Counted from the stretch's first letter, positions 47,708-56,617 are shown. The stretch: 64,000 nucleotides of DNA from an uncultured Cryomorphaceae bacterium (GCA_964416385.1 CAYQDW010000005.1:6544-70543), one strand, 5' to 3'. Program-made: numbers and translations. The notes: a model not told the origin generated them from the letters alone.

Positions 47708-48757
47708 ATGGCTTTGAAGATTTCACGTGAGTTTAAAGTTGGCTTTTACATTGTATTAGCCCTTGGCATTTTATATTGGGGGATTAACTTTCTAAAAGGC
47801 ACAGATGTATTTGAATCTGGAAGAGTCTTTTATGCCGTTTATGATAATACCGAGGGGCTTACCAAAGCGAAAGCAGTGCAGATTAATGGTTTTCAGGTAG
47901 GCCTTATAGATGATATCTACTTTCATCCTAACAAAACTGGGAAGCTTGTTGTTAAAATGCTCATTCAAGAAGAGTATCCTATTGCAAAAAATAGCGTAGC
48001 ACGCATTCACAGTAGCGGCTTATTGGGTGAAAAGACCATTGCCCTACTGTTGGGTAATGATGCCGAACTCGCCCAAAACGGAGATACCTTACGCAGTGCC
48101 ATAGAAGGTACCTTAACAGATGAAGTTAACAAGCAAGTAGCCCCGATAAAAGCAAAAGCTGAAAAACTTTTGGGTTCTTTAGATACTGCAGTAACCCTTA
48201 TTACGGGCTTTTTAAATGAGGATACGCGCAATAACTTCGTGCGTAGCTTTGACAACCTCCGCAAAACATTCGAAAATCTAGAACAGTCGTCTGATTTATT
48301 AGAACGCTATCTGGCTGAAAATAAAGGCAGTTTTGACAAGCTAGCAACTAACCTAGAATCTATCACCACCAACTTATCTGCAAATAACTCAAACATTACA
48401 CATGTTTTAAATAACCTTAATGAGATAACTGATAGCTTACGCAAGGCGGATATACAAGCAACTTTTACAAAAGTAACCTCTGTTGCAGACCAGCTTAACA
48501 CCACCTTAACCCGAATAAATTCTGGTGAAGGAAGTTTAGGAGAATTAATTAATGACGATAGGCTTTACGAAAACTTAAACGATGCAGCCGCAGATTTAGA
48601 CCGCCTTTTGCTTGACATAAAGTACAACCCTAACAAGTATTTTAACGTGAGTTTATTTGGCAGCAAACGGTTTTATTCTGAAGAAGAAATTAAAGCCATT
48701 GAGAAAGAAATAAAAGAACGTGAACGCGAAGAAAAAGACAAAAAACCTACTAAATAA
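47708..48757 (+). CDS. MlaD/MCE-family protein
   Basis: N-terminal TM segment, MCE domain (VQINGFQVGLIDDI...), then a long coiled-coil-like tail. ATG at 47708; the track start at 47702 is TTG. Confidence 0.8.
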   Translation: MALKISREFKVGFYIVLALGILYWGINFLKGTDVFESGRVFYAVYDNTEGLTKAKAVQINGFQVGLIDDIYFHPNKTGKLVVKMLIQEEYPIAKNSVARIHSSGLLGEKTIALLLGNDAELAQNGDTLRSAIEGTLTDEVNKQVAPIKAKAEKLLGSLDTAVTLITGFLNEDTRNNFVRSFDNLRKTFENLEQSSDLLERYLAENKGSFDKLATNLESITTNLSANNSNITHVLNNLNEITDSLRKADIQATFTKVTSVADQLNTTLTRINSGEGSLGELINDDRLYENLNDAAADLDRLLLDIKYNPNKYFNVSLFGSKRFYSEEEIKAIEKEIKEREREEKDKKPTK

Positions 48758-48827
48758 TTATTAGAAACCATACACATTGCTCTGGTATGCCATTTTCTAG
48801 TAGCCCACCAAAAATCAAAAAGAAAAC

Positions 48828-50132
48828 ATGCAATACATACAAAGCCTCGTATTTATCATCTGCTTGGCAATAGCCATTTGGTACTTTTCTAAGCAGGTTA
48901 GAAAAATTCAGCGCAACATAAATTTAGGTCGTGATAAAGATCTGTCAGACCGTAAATCAGAGCGATTTAAAACCATGCTGCGCGTGGCTTTTGGGCAAAG
49001 TAAAATGCAAGCCAGACCCATTGCTGGCTTCTTTCACTTTATTGTTTATGCTGGTTTTATTCTCATCAATATAGAAGTTGTTGAGATTTTAATTGATGGC
49101 ATTTTTGGAACACATCGCATCCTTGCTGCGCCTTTAGGAGGTGTTTACAATGCCGCGTTAAGTTTTTTTGAAATACTGGCGGTTTTAGTCATCGTGGCTT
49201 GCGTTGTGTTTTTATGGCGAAGAAATGTTGCTAAACTTGATCGGTTTCACAAACCAGAAATGAAAGGCTGGCCCTTTAAAGACGCCAATACCATTTTATA
49301 CATTGAAATCGCCCTGATGTCGGCCTTATTAATAATGAATGCTGCTGAGGCCAATTTCACCAATCCTGTGGCCGGCCCATTTGTGATTAGCCAATTTATT
49401 GCACCACTTTTTTCTGGCCTAGAACAACCTGCCTTACATTTTATAGAACGCTTTTTTTGGTGGTTGCATATTTTAGGTATTCTGGCTTTTCTCAACTATC
49501 TACCATTTTCTAAGCACTTCCATATTCTTCTTGCTTTTCCAAATACATGGTATAGCAACCTAAATGCAAAAGGCAAATTTGCCAACATGGAGAGCGTAAC
49601 CAATGAGGTTAAAATGATGCTAGACCCCAGTGCCGACCCCTACGCTGCACCTCCAGAAGCGCAAGCCGCACCTGAACGCTTTGGCGCAAAAGATGTGATG
49701 GATTTGAATTGGGTAAATCTTATGAATGCCTATACCTGTACAGAATGCGGCAGGTGTACCTCAGAATGTCCTGCCAACCAGACCGGGAAATTGCTTTCGC
49801 CAAGAAAAATCATGATGGATACCCGCGACCGACTTGAAGAAGTTGGTGCAAACATAGATGCCAATGGCACCTTTAATGATGACGGCAAATCGCTTTTAGA
49901 TCACTACATCACACGCGAAGAACTCTGGGCATGTACCAGCTGCAATGCCTGCGTACAGGCTTGCCCCGTAAATATTGACCCACTAAGCATTATCATGCAA
50001 ATGCGTCAGTATTTGGTGATGGAGGAAAGTGCTGCAAGTCAAGAATTGAACATAATGATGACTAACATCGAAAATAATGGCGCGCCTTGGCAATTTAGCC
50101 AAATGGATCGTGCAAACTGGATTAATGAATAA
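48828..50132 (+). CDS. Membrane-integral (Fe-S)-binding oxidoreductase subunit (NarI/DsrM-like TM domain + 2x[4Fe-4S] ferredoxin domain)
   Basis: Five to six TM helices with conserved His residues, then CTECGRCTSECP and CTSCNACVQACP cluster motifs. Confidence 0.8.
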   Translation: MQYIQSLVFIICLAIAIWYFSKQVRKIQRNINLGRDKDLSDRKSERFKTMLRVAFGQSKMQARPIAGFFHFIVYAGFILINIEVVEILIDGIFGTHRILAAPLGGVYNAALSFFEILAVLVIVACVVFLWRRNVAKLDRFHKPEMKGWPFKDANTILYIEIALMSALLIMNAAEANFTNPVAGPFVISQFIAPLFSGLEQPALHFIERFFWWLHILGILAFLNYLPFSKHFHILLAFPNTWYSNLNAKGKFANMESVTNEVKMMLDPSADPYAAPPEAQAAPERFGAKDVMDLNWVNLMNAYTCTECGRCTSECPANQTGKLLSPRKIMMDTRDRLEEVGANIDANGTFNDDGKSLLDHYITREELWACTSCNACVQACPVNIDPLSIIMQMRQYLVMEESAASQELNIMMTNIENNGAPWQFSQMDRANWINE

Positions 50133-50150
50133 CCTAACTAATTGGTAGAA

Positions 50151-50594
50151 ATGGCGAATAATGCAAACGAAATTATCAATCAACATTTGCGTGAAGCTGC
50201 GGTAGATGGAAAGAAAATCAGCCCTGTTCTACCAAAGCATATTAAGAACTTTTTGATAGATATTGATGGTACCATTTGCGATGACATTCCAAATGAAGAA
50301 CCAGAACGCATGGCTACTTGTGACGCCTATCCGGACGCCTTAAAAACCCTTAACGATTGGTATGCAGAAGGTCATATCATTACCTTTTTTACAAGCCGTG
50401 TTGAAGAACATCGAGAGATTACGGAGCGTTGGCTTGATGAAAAAGGGTTTAATTATCACGGCTTGCTCATGGGCAAACCTAGAGGCGGCAATTACCATTG
50501 GATTGATAATCACTTGGTTCGCGCAACGCGCTATAAAGGTAAATTCACAGATTTGATTGATAAAAAAGTTACTATTCAAGTCTTTAAAGAATGA
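50151..50594 (+). CDS. Small HAD-superfamily phosphatase-like protein
   Basis: DxDxT motif in FLIDIDGTICDD, a T/S motif in FFTSR and a later KPRGG/WIDN region. ATG at 50151; the track start at 50142 is TTG. Confidence 0.55.
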   Translation: MANNANEIINQHLREAAVDGKKISPVLPKHIKNFLIDIDGTICDDIPNEEPERMATCDAYPDALKTLNDWYAEGHIITFFTSRVEEHREITERWLDEKGFNYHGLLMGKPRGGNYHWIDNHLVRATRYKGKFTDLIDKKVTIQVFKE

Positions 50595-51175
50595 CCTTGG
50601 CACGCATCTATTTTGCAATCATTTTTGTTGTTTTAAGCACTTCAGCCTGCAAAAAAGAAGACACAGTCTTCATCCCATTGCACGCACAAAGTACGAAGTG
50701 GATTCAAAAAGATTTTCCGTGGGCATTCGTCAATCAATCGTCAGACACTCTGCAAATTTCATCAGCACAAACCACCCGCTATCGGCTATCTGATTTGGTT
50801 GATCTTTCCACAACAGAAGGCTTTATTGATTATGAAATTGTTGAGCAGCGTTTTTCCATAGACGCACAAACATCGTTTGCACTAAAACTACGGGCAAACT
50901 TGCAAGACTCTACCTATTTGAGAGAAGATCTCGCATCTGTTCATTTATCGTGGAATGCTTTACAAGCATCAACTTATGGTTATGCTTGGCCCAAAAATTA
51001 CTTTGAGCCACCTGCATTGTTTTTCAAAACATTTACAATTAACGGTACAACCTATAACAACGTTTATGTGAGCGAAACTATTGATGGCGGCAATAGACTC
51101 ACATTGTACTATAACATCAGCACTGGCCTAATTGGCTTTGAAAGAAGTGGCGAAATTTATAACCGTGTAGAATAA
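50591..51175 (+). CDS. Hypothetical lipoprotein
   Basis: Lipobox (VLSTSAC). ATGA overlap with the HAD-like gene. No recognisable domain. Confidence 0.45.
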   Translation: MTLARIYFAIIFVVLSTSACKKEDTVFIPLHAQSTKWIQKDFPWAFVNQSSDTLQISSAQTTRYRLSDLVDLSTTEGFIDYEIVEQRFSIDAQTSFALKLRANLQDSTYLREDLASVHLSWNALQASTYGYAWPKNYFEPPALFFKTFTINGTTYNNVYVSETIDGGNRLTLYYNISTGLIGFERSGEIYNRVE

Positions 51176-51180
51176 AAAAA

Positions 51181-51202
51181 GGAGGCCATTTTCATAGCCT
51201 CC
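51181..51202. terminator. Hairpin terminator between convergent genes
   Basis: Stem ggaggc (51181-51186) / gcctcc (51197-51202), extendable with one mismatch. An A-run upstream gives a T-run on the minus strand. Confidence 0.45.
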
Positions 51203-51229
51203 CTTTAGATTTATTGTAAAAAGCAATGG

Positions 51230-52048
51230 TTATTGAATAACAACTTTCTTGTTGTAAACATTGCCATTAAGTTCCATTGAAAGAATGTATGTGCCTGCTG
51301 GCAGATGGCTCACATCAAACTCCTGCTTGCTTGTATTCAAAGCAAAAGATTCAATTGCGCGTCCACTTACATCCATCAAGTTTATTGTTCCTGTGATAAA
51401 GTCAACTTTTACATCTGCATAAAGCGTGCGCTCACTTACCCAAATGCTATTGGCAACCTTTTCAAACTCATCCAAGTTAAAGGCAGAGCCTTCACCAGCT
51501 TGAATAGCGCCATTAGCCGCAGTATTGTAGGCCATATCTTTAATGGTTACAGATTGCGCATTTGCAGTCATGTCCATACGAATCCAGCCGTAATGTGTGT
51601 TACCGCTTACATTTAGTTTAACACCCAAGTAGCCATCGGTTACGCCACCATTCCAAAATGATGAATAGGGATTGGCACCAGCAACAGCAATAGTGAATGT
51701 ACCAAATGAATCGGCCCCTAAAAACTGCTGTGTATTAACTTGATCTCCTGCATTTAGCACGAATGGATAAGGATAGCCCGAAGGTGAAGAACCCGCCATG
51801 GCATGTCCTTGACTGTTTATTGGACCACCAAGTACTAGGTCAGCTTGATATGCTGGTATGTTGTACTGTACCATAGCAATGTCAAATGTTCCATCAGCGT
51901 TGATGTCAACACTATCTACGCCATTTTGGTTAATTGTTTTGTTTACTAGGGTGTAAACAATTTGGGCGTTTGCAGAAGCGCCAGTTGCAACTAATGCTAC
52001 TGCAGCCGCAGAATACTTTGAAAGTTTCTTTTGTAGTTCTTTGTTCAT
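51230..52048 (-). CDS. Secreted protein with T9SS type-A C-terminal sorting domain
   Basis: Signal peptide (AVALVATGASANAQ). HYGWIRMDM-type motif. The last ~75 aa (…GTINLMDVSGR…LPAGTYILSMELNGNVYNKKVVIQ) look like a Por/T9SS CTD. Confidence 0.6.
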   Translation of the reverse strand: MNKELQKKLSKYSAAAVALVATGASANAQIVYTLVNKTINQNGVDSVDINADGTFDIAMVQYNIPAYQADLVLGGPINSQGHAMAGSSPSGYPYPFVLNAGDQVNTQQFLGADSFGTFTIAVAGANPYSSFWNGGVTDGYLGVKLNVSGNTHYGWIRMDMTANAQSVTIKDMAYNTAANGAIQAGEGSAFNLDEFEKVANSIWVSERTLYADVKVDFITGTINLMDVSGRAIESFALNTSKQEFDVSHLPAGTYILSMELNGNVYNKKVVIQ

Positions 52049-52078
52049 ATAGCGTTTATTTGGGATAAAAGTAGAAAA

Positions 52079-54610
52079 TTATGTGGATTGATTTCTATAC
52101 AGTTTATTATCTACCGCGGTAACCATCTTATCTACAGGTAAATCACGGTCTAAAAATTCTGCCACTTTCGCGGCTATTTCCTTTGTATGACTGTGTGCAT
52201 CTGCGTAACTTATTTCAAGAAAATCTACCTCTGGCTGATCATCAATCCATTTTCTGATGCGTTCTAGCTGATTGTAATACGTCTGCGCCAATTTAAATGG
52301 ATAATTCATGATGGCCTGCTCTCTGGTTTTGCCAAGCATAATTTGCTGTGAAATAAGCACCTCACTTATTTCGCGATTCATAAATATAATTTTATACCTG
52401 TGCTTAGCCGGCAAATAAGGCAATAGTTGGGCAATCACCTTTACGGCCTTGCCTTCAGCTTGAGGCATCCAAGTAGCATCATTGGCTAAATTCATAACCG
52501 GCTGAAATTCAAAATAACCGTGTGGATTATTATCGTCTGCCGTGCGTTTTTCATCCACCAATAAATTTAAACCAGCATTTTTAAGCATCCGCATCATCAT
52601 GCTTGTACCTGATCTTGGCAAACCAGAAACTATGACTATTTCTTTTGCGGGGTCTGGTAAAAAAGCCTCATGATGTTTGGCTTGTTCTGGATTATTAAGG
52701 TGCTCTTTATACACTTTAATGAGCCATTTGCGTGTTTCAGCATCTTTTGGTGCCATGGTTGTGGTAAGCTCCCAAGCCTCAGCAGCATTTTGATACATCC
52801 CCATTCTGTAAAGTGCCTCGCCAATAAATTGATGTGCTTTTGGGAAGTAATAGTGTATCTCTATCACTTTAAAGAATTGTTCTAAAGCAGGCTCGTAGGC
52901 ACCTAATTTTAGCATAGAAACACCAAGCTGGTGATTGAGAAACGCATCATCAGGATCTAAGCGCAAGCCTTCTTCTAAAACACTTTTGGCCTCTTCATGA
53001 TGCCCTGCCCCATTATACGCTTTACCAATTTGCAGATAAAGCTCTGGGGTAGGATTGTGATCCATCAAAGCATTAAATAGCGTTGTTGCATTGCGCGTTT
53101 GGCCCTTTTGCCAAGCAATCATAGCCTCACTAAATGCGAGGTTAGAGCTCTTGGGATATTTCTCTTTACAGGTTTTGAGTAAACTTTCTGCTTTAGAGAG
53201 TTCGCCAAGCTCAGCGTACAGCGACAATAATAGAAGCTCTGAATACTTATGCGGAAATTCAGCAACAACATCTTCAAGCACCGGTATGGCTTTGCGCTTA
53301 AAACCAGCGTGAATATAGGTGCGCGCCAAGTTCATCTGTGTTTCTCTGCGCGTAACCTTAATGCGCATTTCTAAACTTTCCTCCTTTTTATCTACGTAGC
53401 CCAAATCAATAAGCTGCTGCATGGCGCGTTGCTCGGCTTCAGGATCACTTTTTGCAGATTGCTTGATCATGCCGTGATTGCCCTCCACGGCTTCCCAACT
53501 ATCAATGTATTCTGGGATTTTAAAATCTGTAAACGCACCAGAAAGCACATTACCCGCCATATCTTTTGCAACTGGCAAGCCCATAATGTGCAATAGCGTG
53601 GGTGTAACGTCTAAAACGGTAGAGCCAAAGATCTTTTCCCCTTTCTTAATTCCGGGGCCTTTTATAGCTAAAATGCCATAAGGTCTGTGCTCAATGGCCG
53701 GTGTTGCTGGGCCAAGTGGCACCTTAACCATGCGGCTATGGTCGCTTTTAAAGCCGTGATCACTAACCAAAACCACATAGGTGTCTTCATCCACCAAAGC
53801 CAATGTGTGCTCTAGCATCATATCATGAAAGCGATACATGCTATCCACCAAAAGCTTATAATTCTCGAAATCCACATCGCTGATACCAGCCAATTGCGGT
53901 GCGCGATATTTCATTGCCAAATGACAAATGTGATCAATGGCATCATGGTATACTGCCATAAAATCCCACTCTGTTTGCTCCATGAGGTATGTTGTGGCAT
54001 TGTGTACAGATGCCGCATGGGCGAGAATTTTTATGGTTGCAAAGAGTGTTTTGTCTTCCTCAACATTTAAGTTCTTGAGGTTTGGTATAAACGGTGCAAG
54101 GTGCGCTTCTGTTAATTCACCAGGATGAACGCGCAACTCTGCAAGAATATCTTTGAGTGTATCATCGTTAACAGTTCCTTCTAACAGCGGCCACGGTTCA
54201 TTATACTTGGTTTTGGCATGCTGATAAAAATTAGAAACCATCACCCCATTAATGTTATCCACAGGGTTACTTGGCCACCAAGACACAACGTTACTCTTGT
54301 ACCCTTCTTGATTAAGGATGTTCCAAATCGCTTTTACCTTTCTAGAATGAGATGAAATTGGGCGTATGCCACTGCCATCTGGCAACAACTCTGTAAAACC
54401 TAATACACCGTGATCATAGGCCTGCTTGCCCGTGGCAATACTGGTCCATAACATAGGAGAGTAAGGCGGATCTAATGTAGAAATGTTACCATAAGCAGCC
54501 TCGTCTAAAAAAGATTTTAAGGTAGGCATTAGCCCTTTTTCCATCAACGGATTGATGATTTGCCAATCCGCTGCATCCCAACCAATAACTAAAACTTTTT
54601 TCTTTTTCAT
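52079..54610 (-). CDS. Three-module protein: alkaline-phosphatase-superfamily phosphodiesterase/nucleotide pyrophosphatase + TPR repeats + sulfotransferase
   Basis: N-terminal module: VLVIGWDAADW, PPYSPMLWTSIATG, VLVSDHGF. Middle: several TPR-like repeats. C-terminal module: PAPS 5'-PSB loop SGLPRSGTSMM and a 3'-PB-like FMNREISEVLIS. No signal peptide. Confidence 0.75.
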   Translation of the reverse strand: MKKKKVLVIGWDAADWQIINPLMEKGLMPTLKSFLDEAAYGNISTLDPPYSPMLWTSIATGKQAYDHGVLGFTELLPDGSGIRPISSHSRKVKAIWNILNQEGYKSNVVSWWPSNPVDNINGVMVSNFYQHAKTKYNEPWPLLEGTVNDDTLKDILAELRVHPGELTEAHLAPFIPNLKNLNVEEDKTLFATIKILAHAASVHNATTYLMEQTEWDFMAVYHDAIDHICHLAMKYRAPQLAGISDVDFENYKLLVDSMYRFHDMMLEHTLALVDEDTYVVLVSDHGFKSDHSRMVKVPLGPATPAIEHRPYGILAIKGPGIKKGEKIFGSTVLDVTPTLLHIMGLPVAKDMAGNVLSGAFTDFKIPEYIDSWEAVEGNHGMIKQSAKSDPEAEQRAMQQLIDLGYVDKKEESLEMRIKVTRRETQMNLARTYIHAGFKRKAIPVLEDVVAEFPHKYSELLLLSLYAELGELSKAESLLKTCKEKYPKSSNLAFSEAMIAWQKGQTRNATTLFNALMDHNPTPELYLQIGKAYNGAGHHEEAKSVLEEGLRLDPDDAFLNHQLGVSMLKLGAYEPALEQFFKVIEIHYYFPKAHQFIGEALYRMGMYQNAAEAWELTTTMAPKDAETRKWLIKVYKEHLNNPEQAKHHEAFLPDPAKEIVIVSGLPRSGTSMMMRMLKNAGLNLLVDEKRTADDNNPHGYFEFQPVMNLANDATWMPQAEGKAVKVIAQLLPYLPAKHRYKIIFMNREISEVLISQQIMLGKTREQAIMNYPFKLAQTYYNQLERIRKWIDDQPEVDFLEISYADAHSHTKEIAAKVAEFLDRDLPVDKMVTAVDNKLYRNQST

Positions 54611-54753
54611 TTTTCAGGATTAGGTTGATCTGCTTTGGCTTGTTCTGCTTCTTGCCGTGCTTTGCGCCAAGCAAGTAACCCTCTATAACCTATAGCTAGT
54701 AGCCCTAATGAACCCTGCGGCGGCACTTTAGCCACAATCTTTTTCTCTGTCAT
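54607..54753 (-). CDS. Untracked 48-codon ORF translationally coupled to the 843-aa gene
   Basis: Hand translation gives MTEKKIVAKVPPQGSLGLLAIGYRGLLAWRKARQEAEQAKADQPNPEK*. Its TGA (54609-54607) overlaps the downstream ATG (54610-54608) as ATGA. It falls below the 60-aa cutoff of the ORF track. Confidence 0.35.
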   Translation of the reverse strand: MTEKKIVAKVPPQGSLGLLAIGYRGLLAWRKARQEAEQAKADQPNPEK

Positions 54754-54851
54754 AAATACCAATAATTGTAGATGGCCGAAACTATTAAATATTAGATAGC
54801 CAAAGCATCTAAATCATTGCGAATTACGTACATGGTTTTATTTCTATAACG

Positions 54852-54859
54852 TACTTTTG
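54852..54859 (+). promoter_or_regulatory. Candidate -7 promoter box for the CCG-domain Fe-S gene
   Basis: TACTTTTG matches TAnnTTTG, 52 nt upstream of ATG 54911. Confidence 0.35.
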
Positions 54860-54910
54860 AAACTCACAAAAGGGCATTCCAATTTATGTATGCCTTAAAA
54901 ATGCAGTTTC

Positions 54911-55702
54911 ATGAGTGAACACATTGTAGTACCCACAATGGCAGAAAAATTGGCCAAAGGTGAAAAGCCTGAAGTTCTTTTTTGGGTTGGATGCGCAGGT
55001 AGTTTTGATGACCGTGCCAAACGCATCACCAAGGCCTTTGCACGAATTCTGAACAAAGCAAACGTAGATTTTGCCGTTTTAGGCACTGAAGAAAGCTGTA
55101 CCGGAGACCCTGCTAAACGCGCTGGTAATGAGTTTCTTTTCCAGATGCAAGCCATGATGAATATACAAGTACTGAATGGCTATGAGGTAACCAAGATTGT
55201 AACTACTTGTCCGCACTGCTTTAACACGCTAAAAAACGAATACCCAGAATTGGGCGGAACTTTTGATGTTATGCACCATACGCAATTCATCAATAAATTG
55301 TTGGCAGAGGGTAGGCTAAGCATAAACGGTGGTAGTTTTAAAGGTAGACGCATAACGTATCACGACCCATGTTATTTAGGTCGTGCCAATGATGTTTATG
55401 AAGCCCCAAGAGATTTAATCAAAAAGTTAGATGCCGAATTGGTTGAAATGAGACGCTGCCGCCAAAATGGCCTCTGCTGCGGTGCTGGTGGCGCACAGAT
55501 GTTTAAAGAACCTGAAAAAGGGAATAAAGACATCAATATAGAACGCACCGAAGAAGCCCTAGAAACCAAACCAGAATTCATTGCAACGGGTTGCCCCTTT
55601 TGCAATACCATGATGACAGACGGCATCAAAAACAAAGAAAAAGAAGCTGAAGTAAAAGTTATGGACTTGGCAGAACTAATTGCCATGGCTGAAGAGTTAT
55701 AG
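54911..55702 (+). CDS. (Fe-S)-binding protein with two cysteine-rich CCG domains (HdrD/GlpC/DsrK C-terminal type)
   Basis: FWVGCAGSFD, TTCPHCFNTL, DPCYLGR, CCGAGG and GCPFCNTM motifs. 263 aa. The natural partner of 48828-50132. Confidence 0.85.
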   Translation: MSEHIVVPTMAEKLAKGEKPEVLFWVGCAGSFDDRAKRITKAFARILNKANVDFAVLGTEESCTGDPAKRAGNEFLFQMQAMMNIQVLNGYEVTKIVTTCPHCFNTLKNEYPELGGTFDVMHHTQFINKLLAEGRLSINGGSFKGRRITYHDPCYLGRANDVYEAPRDLIKKLDAELVEMRRCRQNGLCCGAGGAQMFKEPEKGNKDINIERTEEALETKPEFIATGCPFCNTMMTDGIKNKEKEAEVKVMDLAELIAMAEEL

Positions 55703-55921
55703 ATAAACTAAGGGTTTAGAGGCGTAAATAGACTTTTGTAATTTAATCATGTAAAAATTAGACGAAATGGCAGGTGTTATGCTAACCAAGCCTACACTTA
55801 CCTTAAAATCAAAATATCATCGCGCAAGCAAAACGCCATGCAAGTACGCATGGCAAAGGTTTACTAGAAGCTTGTGTATAACAATTTTAAGTTCCTAACA
55901 GCAACAGAAAAAAGCCGAAGT

Positions 55922-56089
55922 ATGACCAATAAATATTTTGTGGACACGGATGTTTTATTGGATTCAAGTACAGAACGCGAAGTATCTGTAAAAGCAATCA
56001 TTACACGACATGTAAAAGATTCTAACAAGGGTAGCTTAGGCATATTTACTCCTTCTGATTTTCCGAATATTTGTCTTTATAATCTATGA
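55922..56089 (+). CDS. Doubtful 55-codon ORF with a PIN-domain-like N-terminus
   Basis: MTNKYFVDTDVLLDSS... resembles the first strand and acidic residue of PIN/VapC toxins, but the ORF is far too short for a PIN domain. Its stop overlaps the next ATG (ATGA). Confidence 0.2.
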   Translation: MTNKYFVDTDVLLDSSTEREVSVKAIITRHVKDSNKGSLGIFTPSDFPNICLYNL

Positions 56090-56613
56090 GAAAAGTAATC
56101 CTCTACATCGCCACAAGTTTAGACGGCTTTATCGCTAAAAAAGATGGCGGCTTAGACTGGCTTGAAAAATTTCCGCATCCCGAAGGTGAGGATTATGGCT
56201 ATGTAGACCTGTTAAACCGCATTGATACCACCTTAATGGGCAGGAACACCTATGATTTTGTAGCCAATTATGATGGCCCATTCCCCTACCCTGACACCAC
56301 TAATTATGTTTTTTCTAACCGCGACATAGCGCATAAACTACCCATAGAAATTATTAGTGGTGATGCCGTTGCATTTTTAAAAGACCTAAAGAATAAACCA
56401 GGAAAAGACATTTGGTTGATTGGTGGTGGTCGCCTAAATACTTCTTTTGCAAATGCGGGTTTAATAGATGAAGTAATCATTACACAGATTCCTGTTTTTA
56501 TTGGCTTAGGGATTCCTGTGTTTGATGGGCTAGAAGAAGACCTCAAGTTCAAAAAAGTTAGTAGCACCACATATCCCAATGGCGTTACAAAATTTCACCT
56601 AAACAGGCTCTAG
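56086..56613 (+). CDS. Dihydrofolate-reductase-family protein (RibD C-terminal domain type)
   Basis: 175 aa. VILYIATSLDGFIAKKDGGLDWL, TLMGRNTY and IWLIGGGRL motifs. Confidence 0.8.
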   Translation: MRKVILYIATSLDGFIAKKDGGLDWLEKFPHPEGEDYGYVDLLNRIDTTLMGRNTYDFVANYDGPFPYPDTTNYVFSNRDIAHKLPIEIISGDAVAFLKDLKNKPGKDIWLIGGGRLNTSFANAGLIDEVIITQIPVFIGLGIPVFDGLEEDLKFKKVSSTTYPNGVTKFHLNRL

Positions 56614-56617
56614 CGGT

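Noticed and set aside
50139-50154. Imperfect similarity between the left edge (taattggtagaaatgg, 50139-50154) and right edge (taattgtagatgg, 54763-54775) of the inserted block, as a possible target-site duplication
   Set aside because: The match is only about 13 nt with two 1-nt gaps in AT-rich sequence. That is too short to distinguish from chance without comparative data.
54255-54263. Second exact TTATCCACA DnaA-box sequence
   Set aside because: It lies inside the 843-aa CDS, far from dnaA and with no neighbouring boxes. A single 9-mer match in 64 kb on two strands is within chance expectation.
55835-55854. Perfect 7-bp hairpin in the 383-bp gap, considered as a terminator
   Set aside because: It has no flanking T-run on either strand and lies 130 nt from the nearest stop codon. 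It is kept only as part of the gap finding.
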